Source: the human T2T-CHM13v2.0 reference genome, Homo sapiens. From it: a stretch of DNA of 64,000 nt. This document shows, one piece after another, positions 13,831 to 29,684 of this stretch; the first letter of the stretch is position 1; each line of letters opens with the position of its first letter. The translations under genes were made by a program, and so were the position numbers. The stretch lies in NCBI RefSeq assembly GCF_009914755.1, contig NC_060929.1; one strand, written 5' to 3'. Below the pieces are notes generated by a model. The model saw only the letters and a program-made list of their open reading frames with translations, made no database searches and was not told the DNA's origin.

Positions 13831-14087
13831 ATGTTTGCTTGAGCACAAACAATCTGACTTTTTAAATATTCATGAATTAGAGAATACTAATGCTATTTAA
13901 ACTATACGGCAAAAGTTGTTACTAATAATCTTTATTATAAAACAACTGAGTGTCTATATATATGCATATTTTGCATGAATCTTACTTTATAGCTAAAATG
14001 TAATCAACCATTTTCTGTCCCCAATTCCATTAAACAATATGCGAGATGAATATATTCTCATTCTTGAGATTTTCCACCATCTCTAGG

Positions 14088-14814
<727 letters not shown>

Positions 14815-15790
14815 CTTGACTCTTATGACATGAAAAGTGCAATGTGAACATAAAATTGTGAATGATGTGACTATTCCAAAAACACAAACAGACACTGGCA
14901 AGGATCTGTTTTGCCAACAAAGCTACACAACTGCAGCAGAAAAGCTCCATGGAGGAAAAACTACAGTGCAAATAAAGGTTTCCAGCCGTCAATGATGCTA
15001 GCAAAGTGGAGGAAGGGTCACAGTAGGTCCCTCAGAAAGCTTCCCCAGCCACTTTCATGAAATTAACACCCTTGACCATTTTCTCTTCCAAAAAGTAAGG
15101 ATTTTCTCTTTAATGTCTCATGCCTCTTCCAGCTTTATTACTCTGTGATTATGTGTTCATTTTTAAGGCATAATAAATGTGAAAAAAATGAGATTGATTT
15201 GAGTTTACTTTTTCTAAAAGTTCATTCTAGATGCAATAAATGAAGTTAGACAGTAAAACTCAGTAAAAATGCTTTATAATATATGTATATATGCTCTTTA
15301 AGAAAAATTGCTTAACATTTTTACCTCTTAATTTGCTTTCGTGATTCCATGCATTTTGTTGTACTTATCATGGCAAAATTTATTTGTGAAGTATATATCA
15401 GAAAGCCTTGCTCTATGATCAACAAACTTTGGTTAACTTTTAACTTTCAACATAACATTAGATATTCACCTCTCCATTTGTTCAGAGTTAAATTGTCATT
15501 ACTCATTTGCTTTTTTATCTAAATTAAGATTTTCTTTAAGTCAACACAATAAACGCCATATATGCCAAGCCCACAGCTAACATCATATTCAACCATGAAA
15601 AGCTGAAACATTATCCTCTAAGATCAGGAAGAAGACAAATATGCCCACTTTCCCTTTTTCTGTCAACACTGAAAGGGAAGTCTAACCCCGAGAAATTAGG
15701 TAAGAGAAAAAAACTACAGGCATCTAAACTGGAATAGTAGTTAAACTGTCCTTGCTTGCAGACACATGATCTTACATATAGAAAACTCTA

Positions 15791-16193
<403 letters not shown>

Positions 16194-16710
16194 TCACCTG
16201 TGTTTCTATGCACTACAAAGAATCTGAAAAGGAAATAATTAAACAATCTCATTTATAACCACATCAAGAAAAATAAAGTACTTAAGGAAAAAAATTCAAC
16301 AAAGATGGTAAAAAAAAAAAAAAAAAAACTTGCACACTGAAAACTACCCAAAACAATCTATGTATTCAATCCATAGCTATCAAAGTTCCAATGACAGTTT
16401 TTTACAGAACTAGAAAAAACAATCCTAAAATTTGTATGAAGCCACAAAAAACTCTGACTAGCCAAAGCAATGTTGAGCAAAAAGAACAAAGGTGATTGCA
16501 CCACATTGCTTAATTTCAAATCTAAAACAAAGCCATAGTAATCAGATCAGTATGGTACTGGTACAAAAATCAGACACATAGACCAATGGAACAGAATAGA
16601 GAACCCAGAAATAATTTTATGAATTTACAGTTAATTGATTTCTGACAAAGATTCTAGGAACACACAATGGAGAAAGGATTGTCTTTTCAATAAATGGTGC
16701 TGAGAAATAC

Positions 16711-16877
16711 TGAGTGATGTAAAATGTTCACACCACAAAAATAATAACTGTGAGGTAATGCATATTTTAATCAGCTAGATTTAAATATTCCACAATGTAT
16801 ATACACAGAAAAACATCATGTACTTGATAAATATATACAATTATATTTGTTAATTTAAAATAAATAAATTAGAGGAA
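16711..16877 (+). mobile_element. Short L1MA 3'-end insertion nested in the host L1
   Basis: aatgttcacaccacaaaaataataactgtgaggtaatgc...aaataaataaa, flanked by duplicated host sequence aataaatggtgctgagaaa / aataaatgatgctaggaaa. Confidence 0.75.
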
Positions 16878-17422
16878 AATAAATGATGCTAGGAAAACTG
16901 GATATCCACATGCAGAAGAATAAAATTAGACTCTTATAACACAGAAAAACAATCAAATCAAAATATATTAAAGACTTAAATTTCAGACCTGAAACTGTAA
17001 AATTACTAGAAGCAAATAGAACGAAAAAAAGCTCCATGACATTGACTTAAGTAATAAATTTTTTGGAGCTGAGTCTATAGGTACCAGCAACAAAAGCAAA
17101 GTAGACAAATGGGATTCGCAAACTGAAAAGCTCTGCACAGAAAAGGAAACAGTCAACAGAATGAAGAGACAACCTACAAATGGGAGAAAATATTTATAAA
17201 CCATACATTTAATAAGGTTAATATTCTATATGTAGGGAATTCAGACAACTCAATAGGAATAAAACAAATAACTTGATTTTTATAAATGGCCAACAGGTTT
17301 ATTAAAAAATGTTCAACATTACTAATCATTGGGGAAATTCAAATTACAATCACAATTCAATTATAATCACAATGAGGTAACACCTCACACCTGTGATTGA
17401 AATTCAATTACAATCACGATGA

Positions 17423-17813
<391 letters not shown>

Positions 17814-18659
17814 GAAAAGGGAACTCTTTTACAACCATAGTGAAAAACACTATAGAGGTTCTTCAAAAACCTAAAAGTAAAACTATCATATGATCCAAAT
17901 ATATATATGTATACCCAAAAGAAAGGAAATAAGTATATCAAAGGGAAATCTGTGCTCCCTTGTTTATTGCAACATTATTCACAATAGCCAAGTTATAGAA
18001 TTTACTTAGTTGTCCAGCAGTGGATGAACAAAAGAAAACGTGGTATATATACGCAATGGAATATTCTTTAGCCATAAAAATAATGAAGTCCTGTCATTTG
18101 CAATAACAAATTGCATCATTAAACATTATGTTAGTTGAAATAATCCAGGCACAGAAAGAAAAATACCACATGATCTCACTCATATGTAGAATCCCAAAAT
18201 GTCAAACACATAAAAGTAGAAAGTAGAATAGCATTTACCAGGGACTGGGTTTACGCACTAGTTGGGGGGATGTAGTACCAAGGATTCAAATTTTGAGTTA
18301 GACAGAAGGAAACATTCAAGCAACGTATTTTATAATATGGCGACTATAGTTAATAACAATGTATTTTATGCTTGAAAATTGCTGAGAGTAGATTTTAAGT
18401 GCTTTGCCCCAAAAAGCTATGTGAGGTAATGCATGTGTTAAATAACTTGATTCAGTCATTCCACAATACACAAATATTTCAAAACATCACATCATACACA
18501 ATAAATATATACAATTTTTGTCAATTTAAAAAGATATGATTTTTAAAAAGATTTGTTCTATTATTTCCCTTTGTTTCTGCTTACATTAATAACCCCTATA
18601 TTTTATTATATGAATATGTTTTATTTACACACACACAAACACACATGCACACACAGAAT

Positions 18660-19400
18660 CTTTAACTGAAATGAAGAAGACTTGGCCAGGAGAGAGTTTA
18701 GGTTTGGGGAGTTGTTACATATACAAGTGGAAAAGAACAAGCTGTTAGATTTGTAAATGTCTGGAACTTAGAGGAGGAAATGGAGTTGGAGAGAGAAATG
18801 GGAGTCATAAGAAAATATTTCATAAGTCTCAAAGACTGGATCATTTTATCTGAGGAGACGGTAAAGATGGAGTAGTGGAGAGGGCTTAGGGCTCAGCCCT
18901 GTGGCACCCTAACAGCATGACAGAGTGAAAAGGTTCATCAAAGGAGACTAAAAAGTATTCTGTGTGACCATGGGGGAAAGCCAGAAAATAACCACAAATG
19001 CAAAAACATCTCCCCCGACCCTCCACCAAAATAATAACAACAACAACAAAACCACCTAAATGAGTGGGACTCAATGAAAGCTAAAGGAAACATGTTTCAA
19101 GAAAAATGGGTTGATTATGTCCAATGCCACTATGAAGTCAAGGATAAATACTGATTACAGGTTCTGGCAAAATTTTAAAATATTTAAGAGCTGGTTAAGA
19201 GATATTTTAGTGTTTATGACGTCAAAGTTGGATTTGTTGTGATAGAGAATACGTGGAAATGGAAATCGTACATATTCATAGCTGTTATTCTAAGTTTTGT
19301 TGTAAAAAGTCGAGCCAAATGAGGAGATAGCCAGACATCTATGTGCATTCAATGTACTTTTGTGTATTTTATTTTGCTATTTAAATGGGGGATATTCAGG
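18660..19400 (-). mobile_element. Degenerate L2 LINE fragments
   Basis: Purine-rich L2-antisense motifs (gtctggaacttagaggag..ttggagagagaaatgggagtcat; gtccaatgccactatgaagtcaagga). Confidence 0.55.
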
Positions 19401-19989
19401 ATGTGTATATGACTATGGACAAAAAAATAGATAATGACTGCAAAACTGAGGTCCATGAAAGGAAAGAAGGGATGAATCCAGAGGTTGGTGGAATGTCTGG
19501 ATTTAAATCGAGGAGGGCTACTTCTCTGAGTAATAGAAGATGTGTTTGATTATATGAGTTTGGAGGCACATAGGCTGGGTCTACATGCTTTGTCTGTGAA
19601 CTGTGGTGTGAGGTAATAACTGGGCATGAGGCATGAAACATTCTTCTGGGAAATAGGAAAAGTTACATATGAGGAAACTGTCAGATAATTGTCTAGGTTT
19701 ATGAAGTTAAAATTTCAAAATGTGATTCATCCTAAATTTGAAATCCATCCAATCGTCATCAGGTATTTGGCAATAATCAGCTATTTGGGGTGTAATTCCG
19801 GAAAATTGATCTGTAAGTTTACTCCTCTGAGTTTCTTACAGAGGAGTACAAGAGAAGGATGACTCAACAGAAGAACTCAACAGTGAATCAAGTCAGTGTT
19901 GAGAGATCTGCTCTGTGCAACCTATGCCAGGTAATAAGATGAAAATCTGAGGGGTGTCATGTCTCTACCTCATGTTCCTTCATTTGACT

Positions 19990-20096
19990 ACAACTTATAA
20001 CTACAGGGGCAGTAAACCGTTCACATGTGTGCTGATAGTTTCCTTCCTCAAGTGCCACTGGTTCTCAGCTTATCTGCCTTATCTGCCTTAAGGCTT

Positions 20097-20127
<31 letters not shown>

Positions 20128-20790
20128 AGACGGAGTCTCACACCTGTTGCCCAGGGCTGGAGTGCAATGGCATGATCTCAGCTCACTGCAATCTTTGCCT
20201 CCCTGGTTCAAACGGGAGGCCTCAGCCTCCCAAGTAGCTGGGATTACAAGTGCCCACCACCACAGCCGGCTAATTTCTTTTGTATTTTTAGTTGAGACAA
20301 GGTTTCACTACTTTGGCCAGAATGGTCTCCAACTCCTGACCTCATGATCTGCTTGCCTCAGCCTCCCAAAGTGCTGAGATTATAGGCATGAGCCACTGCT
20401 CATGGTCAAGGCTTTTTCTAACACTTAAATATTTTTCTCAGCTTATATTCACAATATTTATCACCTGACAACAAGAATTGAGCCCCTATACAAATCTCAA
20501 CCAATGAAATTGTGGAGTCATTGAGTAAATTCACCAACTTCTACACTCTTCTATGGAAAATTCTAAAGTGTGTCTTGCATAGTTCCACAGTGGATCTTCA
20601 GGAAGCTTGTGCTGCATTTGTCTATTGTAATACATGGATTATTATTGCACACTGTGTTTGCTTCTTCTCTTCTTTAATTCACTTTTCCCACATCCTGAGT
20701 TTTTCTTCTTGAAATCACCTCAGAAATAAACCACACACACCCAAGCACTTAGATTGCAGTGTCTCCTTTAGTGGAATGCCAACCAGGACA
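19990..20790 (+). mobile_element. LTR16-family LTR (ERVL), interrupted by an Alu
   Basis: tctcaaccaatga..gtggagt; 3' end gaaatcacctcagaaataaaccac...gtggaatgccaaccaggaca; the start is approximate. Confidence 0.6.
20107..20407 (-). mobile_element. AluS
   Basis: Reverse Alu; TSD aaggcttt. Confidence 0.93.
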
Positions 20791-21053
20791 GAGAGGGGTC
20801 ATGGAAAGTGAAGTGTTGAGGACCCTGGATTAAAATAATTGTAGAGGTAAATACTTTATTCAGTTATTATACTAAAGTGTGTAACTTGGAAAGATGGGAA
20901 GTGATTCTTGGATGATGATAGATAGAAATGAGATTTAAGAGGTAGTGAAACTAAGTTTTTACCTCCAAGGAAGGCTTGGAGTATAAGTAAAATGAGTAAT
21001 TTGCTGATGTGTGGCTAGCAAAAAATGGTGATAAGTATTGATCAGATTATCTA

Positions 21054-21493
<440 letters not shown>

Positions 21494-21874
21494 TCATAGA
21501 GATAGGACATATGAAGGGGAAGGAAAGAAAAACAGAAAACCACAAGGGGGACCAAAGAGGACATCCAAACAATGTAGTCTTCTAAATTCTTTCAGTGCAG
21601 GTTTTACAAAAAATGCTTCCACTGTGAATGCTGCAAGAGAACATGGCTAGAAATGAAGGCCTAGTATAGCTGGTCTAGGGCTCCTGCCAAGAACTTGGGG
21701 GGCAGCTTAATGTGAGATGACAGATGAAGACTCTAATGCTACTTGGCTTATCAATAGGAATTAGCAACAACTCTTTGCAACACTATAGGAATTGCAAGCA
21801 GCAAAGTGTTCACGGCAAGAAGATGACTCCAGGTTCCTTTTGCAAAAGGAATTTTAAGAGGTCTGGAACAGTAA

Positions 21875-21965
21875 TCTTTACTGTCCTACTAATGTGTTGT
21901 GACCCTGGGTTAGGTTCTTAACCTTTATCTGCTTTAGTTTCTTCAACTTATAAAATGCAGATGAG
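21875..21965 (+). mobile_element. MIR core fragment
   Basis: tgtgaccctgggttaggttcttaacctttatctgctttagtttcttcaacttataaaatg. Confidence 0.6.
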
Positions 21966-22765
21966 ACAATGTTGTGTGGGTTAATTAGTGTTCCTAAAAT
22001 ATTGAACATTATTAAATGTAGTTAGAAGCACTAATTACTCACATTGACAAAAAGGCAAGGTTTGGGGCAGAGGCAACTGCGTTTGTGATAAGAGTATCTA
22101 GTGCCCTTTAACCTCTTAATTTCATATGTGTCTTGACTTTCCTAACAAGACGTTTTCTGCTTTGATGCCAATAAATTGAACAAATCTTACTAGCACATGA
22201 ACATTGATATCAGCCAAGTGAATATTTTGTTAATATTCCCTATATAACCAGTGTAATTAATACTGTGATAATAGACAAAGTGATGTAGCAAATAGTGCTT
22301 GTGATCCCAGGTCAAAAGAAATAATTGTAGTGCTCCATAATTGCATGTGTGTGACCGATCTTGTGCTAATTTGAATCTCAGAGCATTTACACGGATTCAA
22401 ATTTATAATGACTAAAATATACATGATCATCTCTTATTCAAAATAGTTGTAAGGCTTCAGTGAAATGGTATTATCTTAAAATATTTTTGAACTGCAAATG
22501 AATAAATAACTATCATTACTATTTACTTGCTCTATTTCTTCCAATCAATTTTAAGAAGAAGATTTCTGTGCTTGTCCTTCCTTCCTGCACCTGATTGAAA
22601 GAAGAGCTACTTTGTCAATTTATTCAGTCATTCATCCATCCGTTTATTCAATGATCAAGTATTATACATCTTAAAATGTTAGAATTGAGCCTGGGGTAAA
22701 GAAAAATATAACAGTCCTTGTACCTAAGGGATTCACATGCATTTAAAAATAATTATAATGCATGA

Positions 22766-23736
<971 letters not shown>

Positions 23737-23857
23737 CTTGGAAGAGTCTGTGTTTTTTTTTTTTTAAATGAAGCTTTAATTAACACTAACAATAAAAATA
23801 AGAACTAACGTTAGGAGGCCTTACATTCTCAAGGTTATAGACAAAAGTAAACAAATA

Positions 23858-24207
23858 CAGGTTGAATTTCCCTTATCCAAAATGGTTCAGACCAAGTGTG
23901 TTTCAGATTCTAAATTTCTTTAGGCTTTTGAAATGTTAGTATATACATAGTGAGATATCTTGGAGATGGGACCCATGTCTAAAGAGGAAACTCACTTATG
24001 TTTCGTATCACCTAAAACACATAGCCTGGACATAATTTATACAATGTCTTAAATAATTTTGTGCATGAAACAAAATATTGACTGTCTTTTGACAGACCCA
24101 TCACATGAGGTCAGGTGTGAAATTTTTCACTTGCGACATCATGTCACCGCTCAGAAAGTTTTGAAATTCGGAGCGTTTTAAATTTCAGGTTAGAGATGCT
24201 CAACTCG
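23858..24207. mobile_element. Tigger4b (MER46-type) TcMar-Tigger MITE
   Basis: TA then TIR caggttgaatttcccttatccaaaatg; inverse end gttagagatgctcaactcg; body gagatatcttggagatgggaccca. Confidence 0.82.
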
Positions 24208-24364
24208 TCATTCAATTTAATTAGTTATATAGAATCTATAATCACAATATTATGTAGTAATAATTAAAAAAAAATAAGGAAGGGAATGGCAAATGCTATC
24301 AGTGAGTAGGAGGATCCGTCATTTTATAGAGGGTGATCAGTGGTAACCTCTCTGACACAAATAT

Positions 24365-24752
24365 TGTATTAGTCCATTTTCACACTGCTATAAAGAACTG
24401 CCTGAGACTAGGTAATTTATAAAGGAAAGAGGTTTAATTGACTCACAGCTCAGCATGGCTGCAGAGGCCTCAGGAAACTTACAATCACTGGGGAAGGAAA
24501 AGGGGAAGCAAGGCACCTTCTTCACAAGGCGGCAGGAAGGAGAATGAATGCAGGAAGAACTACCAAACACTTACAAAACCGTCAGACCTCATGAGAACTC
24601 AGTCCCTATCATGAGAACAGCATGGGGGAAACCGCACCCATGATCCAATTATCTCCACCTGGTCTCTCCCTTGACACGTGGGGATCATGGGGATTAGGGG
24701 GATGATAATTCAAGATGAGATTTGTGCAGGGCCAGTAGGCCTAATCATATCA
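24365..24752 (-). mobile_element. THE1D solo LTR
   Basis: tgtattagtccattttcacactgctataaag ... caggaaacttacaatc ... ccttgacacgtggggat ... catatca. Confidence 0.92.
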
Positions 24753-24951
24753 GATATGTTTAGGCAGATGCCTGAAGGAAGCCATGCAAATATCTGGTGG
24801 GAGAATATTCCAGGTTGGGAGGTATATTTGATGACATATTGAACTAAGACTTTGAATTTTACTCCAAGAGAAATAGGAAAACACTGGGAGGGGCCGTTAG
24901 AAAGGATGGTTCAGACGTTGTATATAGAACATGACATTGGTAAGAGGTAAG

Positions 24952-25509
24952 TGTAATGCCCAACCTTGTTTTTACTAACCCTGTTTTTAGACTCTCCCTT
25001 TTCCTTTAATCACCTAGCCTTGTTTCCACCTGAATTGACTCTCCCTTAGCTAAGACAGCCAGACAGACTCCATCTTGGCTCTGTCACTGGCAGCCCCTTC
25101 CTCAAGGACTTAATTTGTGCAAGCTGACTCCCAGCACATCCAAGAATGCAATTAACTGATAAAGATACTGTGGCAAGCTACATCTGCAATTCCCAGGAAT
25201 TCGTCTGATTGATAACGCCCAAAGCCCCGAGTCTATCACCTTGTAATAGTCTTAAAGCCCCTGCACCTGGAACTGTTTACTTTCCTGTAACCATTTATCC
25301 TTTTAACTTTTTGCCTACTTTATTTCTGTAAAATTGTTTTAACTAGGCCCCCCTCCCCTTTCTAAACCAAAGTATAAAAGAAAATCTAGCCCCTTCTTCG
25401 GGGCCAAGAGAATTTTGAGCGTTAGCCGTCTCTTGGCTGCCGGCTAAATAAATGGACTCTTAATTTGTCTCAAAGTGTGGTGTTTTCTCTAACTCGCTCA
25501 GGTACAACA
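24952..25509 (+). mobile_element. LTR6B-like (HERV-S71) solo LTR, well preserved
   Basis: tgtaatgcccaaccttgtttttactaaccctg ... gtataaaagaaaatctagcccc ... aataaa ... ctaactcgctcaggtacaaca; TG..CA termini intact. Confidence 0.85.
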
Positions 25510-26019
25510 TTAGGAAGTAGGACTCAGTTAATATGTTACTGCAGAGACCCAATTGAAAGGTAAGGTTGACTTGGTGTTTGAATACTTGTTAATGAGTGAG
25601 TGGTTAAATATTAGGTACATTTTCAAGATAAAACTGGGACAATTTGTGGATAGATTGGATGTGGATAGGGATGCCAAAGATTTTGCAAGCACAAGAAAGG
25701 TGTTGTCATATGCTTAGATGGAAAAACCTTTGTAGAAACTTGCATGAAGCATTCATTTCTAAGTATTGATCCCTGTATCATCCCATTATTTAGAGAATAG
25801 GAAGATTAGGAAAACTATCAAGAAATACAAAATAGAGATGAATCGTACAAATAAGGGAGATAATATAATGTGGAGTCCCAGAAGTCAGTGATAAAATATG
25901 TATAAATTTGAAGTAATATTATTTAACTTTCTTCCTCAGCCACCTGCAGACACTAGAAAAGTTAGAAGTGTTAGATCAATCATGGTTGCAGTTATGTAGG
26001 CATATAGTATAAAGAACGA

Positions 26020-26298
26020 GGCTGGGCATGGTGGCTCACACCTGTAATCCCAGCACTTTGGGAGGCCGAGGCAGGCGGATCACGAGGTTGGGAGTTCGAG
26101 ACCAGCCTGGCCAATATGGTGAAACCCTATCTCTACTAAAAATACAAAAAGTAGCTGGGCATGATGACATGCACCTGTAGTCCCAGCTACTCAGGGGTTT
26201 GAGGCAGGAGAATCCCTTGAACCCGGGAGGCAGAGGTTGCGGTGAGCCGAGGTTGGGCCTCTGCACTCCAACCTGGGCGACAGAGCGAGACTCCATCT

Positions 26299-26332
<34 letters not shown>

Positions 26333-26333
26333 A
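26020..26333 (+). mobile_element. AluSg-like, with (CA)n plus poly(A) tail
   Basis: ggatcacgagg..gagttcgagaccagcctggccaatatgg; tail (ac)n then an A run. Confidence 0.94.
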
Positions 26334-26447
26334 GACGATAAGGGCAAAGGGTTTAAGGGTATATGTAAGATTCTTACGGATGACATTCTTATGGATGACA
26401 GATTCACAGTTTGGAAGAAAGGGAAAACAGAACACGGGGTTTGGAGG

Positions 26448-26686
26448 TGACAGACTCTTTGCTTGACCACACTAATTAGGCTCCTGATCCTTCTCCTAGG
26501 TCCATTTGTGCACTCTTCTGTAAAATCCAATGTTAGCAAGGACACTGCTAAGTCAGGTTAGCAAGAATCCCCTATCCTTGACATCTGAACCCCCTCAATA
26601 TCTGATCCTCATTCTCAACTATTCCCCAAGTGATTTTTGATTACCTAGGTCTATCTTCGCTAGGATCCTGTTAGTTCAGTTTAGCT
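26448..26686 (+). mobile_element. MER31 LTR 5' fragment (ERV1)
   Basis: tgacagactctttgcttgacca..ggctcctga..cttctcctagg..tgtaaaatcca..ttagcaag..ctgctaagtcag. Confidence 0.75.
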
Positions 26687-27067
26687 GTTATTCTCAGCCT
26701 AATTCATAGTGTGGTCTTGGGAGCGGTCCTTGTCTTTGGAATAGAGGCAACCAGAGGGAATAATTGCAGAAATATGGACTTCCTTCATTTCTTCTTTAGT
26801 TCTAAATGTAACTCAGATTCTCAAAATGAAACATCATATAATTTCCTTCTCAGATTTATCTTTATTAATTGGAATCAGTAAAGAATTAATAAAATCAAAA
26901 GGTACTGTAGTCACCAAGGGGGCAGTGATTTGTCTGACATTAGTGAATGGCTTGGCTTTTAATATAAAATATTTTTATGAAAGAAAATTTTGCTGATTTG
27001 TGTACAAGGTAACTAACTTTTCAGGCTAGTTCCAAAGTATTTATGTTTATTTAAAAAATATATTTCT

Positions 27068-27670
27068 GTTCAACCATTGTGGAAGACAGTGTGGCAATTC
27101 CTCAAGAATTTAGAACCAGAAATACCATTTGACCCAGCAATCCCATTACTGAGTATATACCCAAAGGATTATAAATCATTCTACTATAAAAATACATGCA
27201 CACGTATGTTTATTGTTGCACTGTTCACAATAGCAAAGACTTGGAAGCAAGCCAAATGTCCATCAATGATAGACTGGATAAAGAAAATGTGGCACATATA
27301 CACCATGGAATACTATGCAGCCATAAAAAGGGATGAGTTCATGTCCTTTTCAGGGACATGGATGAAGCTGGAAACCATCACTCTTAGCAAACTAACACAA
27401 GAACAGAAAACCAAAAACTGCATGTTCTCACTCATAAGTTGGAGTTGAACAATGAGAACACATGGACACAGAGAGGGGAACATCACACACCGGGGCCTGT
27501 CAGGGGGTGGGTGGCTAGGGGAGGGATAGTGTTAGGAGAATTACCTAATGTAGATGACAGGTTGATGGGTGCAGCAAACCACCATGGCATGTGTATACCT
27601 ATGTAACAAATCTGCACATTCTGCACATGTACTCCAAAATTTAAAGTATAACTTTAAAAAAAGAAAAAAA
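27068..27670 (+). mobile_element. L1PA7-like 3' fragment (end of ORF2 plus 3'UTR)
   Basis: ORF 27077-27448 is the L1 ORF2 C-terminus (WKTVWQFLKNLEPEIPFDPAIPLL...MFSLIS); primate L1PA 3'UTR. Confidence 0.95.
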
Positions 27671-27695
27671 TATATATATACATGTATATGTTTCT

Positions 27696-27990
27696 GGCCA
27701 GGTGTGGTGGCTCCTGACTCTTATCACAGTACTTTGGGAGGCCAAGATGGGCAGAGAGTTCGAGACCAGCTTGGGCAACATGGCAAAGCCCTGTCTCTAC
27801 AAAAATAAAAAATAAAACAGCCAGGCCTGATGTGCACCTGTGGTCCCAGCTACTCGGGAGGCTGAGGCAGGAGAATCATTTGAGCCTGGGAGGCAAAGGT
27901 TTTAGTGAGTTGAGTTTCATGCCACTGCACTCCAGCCTGTGTGACAGGGTGAGAGTCTGTCCCCAAAAAATAAAATAAGATTAAAATAAA
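27696..27990 (+). mobile_element. AluJ-like
   Basis: gggcaacatggcaaagccctgtctctacaaaaat and tgtggtcccagctactc are AluJ-type features; diverged copy. Confidence 0.88.
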
Positions 27991-28686
27991 AATATATTTC
28001 TAAGTAATTTGTTTGAATTTTATAAACCAAGGTCCAGTTATTATAGGTATTACAGAAGCAGTACTTGCTATTCAATAGCATGATGTTTTGCTATCTCTGC
28101 CCTCTCAATAACTTCTGGTTAGGGATACAAGGACATGGAATGTAGAAAATTCATAACTGCTTTGCTTTTAAAATCATTATAATGTAGCTGATAAGCCTTC
28201 AGTAGACTGGCTTATAAGCAATGAGAGCCAGGCAAATAGATTGAACTTATACTTTATAAAATACCCTAGTTCTACCCTTTCCACAATATCTGGCAAATCA
28301 TTCATTTTGCCAGGTTTACAGAGAGCCATTTAGTAAAATGAAAGACATATCCTATGAACAAAGATTTAATAACTCTCTATTAAAGTCTAGAGCATTATGA
28401 TACTAACTGCCACTTCCCCTCCCTCATTGTCTGTGTTCTAGTTAAATGAGCTGTTTATCTCTTCATAGATTTTTATCTCAATAAATTGCAAAGTCCTAGA
28501 AATGGAAAGTGTGACTTATCAAAAGCTTTTTCAAGGAGCAGGCATTTAGAATATGAGTGATGATTGAATTTCATAATAAATTTCTTTATTTTTTCCCTAA
28601 TATTAAATATTGTGTTTTGTTAGTTTTTTTTAGTCAGGAGGTTGTATGATGTATAAGAGTTGATAAATAACTTATCCCCTTGATTA

Positions 28687-29651
28687 CAGGCGTACCTCAG
28701 AGATATTACAGATTTAGTTCTAGGCCATAGCAATAAATCAAATATTGCATTAAAGTGAGTCACACAAAATTTTTGGCTTCCCAGTGCATAAAAAATTATG
28801 TTTACACTATACTGTAGTTTATTAAGTGTGCAATAGCATTATGTCTACAAAGCTATGTATATACCTTACTTTAAAATGATTTGTTAAACCATGGGAGCTT
28901 CAGCGAGTCAGAATCTTTTTGCTGGTAGAATGTCTTGCTTCCATATTGATGACTGTTGACTGATCAGAGTGGTGGGTAATGAAGGTTGGAGTAGCTGTGG
29001 CAATGTCTTAACATAAGACAACAATGATGTTTGTCACATTGTTTTTCCCTTAATGAAAGATTTATCTGTAGCACTTGATTCTGTTTGATAGCATTTTACC
29101 TGTAGTCAAACTTCTTTTCAAATAGGATAATTTCCATTTTAGTGAGGATGGTTTCCTCACTAAACTTAATGATTTCTAGCTTTTAATTTAACGTGAAAGA
29201 TGTATGGTCCTTCTTTTCACTTGAATATTTCAGGGCCATTGTAGAGTGATTGTTATAATTTTAATATTGTTATGTCTTAGGGAGTAGGGAAGACCAAGAA
29301 GAGGAATGGAGAAATGGGATGGCTGTTGGTGGAGCAGTCAGAACACACATAATGTCTATCAAATAAGTTTGCCATCTTATATGGTTTGTGTCCCCCCAAT
29401 CAATGACAAGAGTAACATCGAAAATCTCTGATCACACATCAACATAACTGATATAATGTAGAAAAAAAAGTTTGAAATATTGTGAGAATTACCAAAGTGT
29501 AATGCAGAGACACAGAAGTGAACCGTTGCTATTGGAAAAATGGTACTGATAGTCTTGCTTCATGCTGGGTTACCACAAACCCTCAATTTTTAAAGAAATG
29601 CAATTTTTGTAAAGCGCAGTAAAGGGAAACACAATAAAATGTGATATACTG
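28687..29651 (-). mobile_element. Tigger1, internally deleted, both ends retained
   Basis: TA-caggcgtacctcagagatatt... at the left end; ...gtttgaaatattgtgagaattaccaaa...caataaaatgtgatatactg at the right end; junction near 29135. Confidence 0.88.
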
Positions 29652-29684
29652 ATTTATGTTTATTCACATATTACTCTTTATCTG

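Noticed and set aside
27077-27448. 123-aa ORF as a gene
   Set aside because: It is the L1 ORF2 C-terminus of a 5'-truncated L1PA
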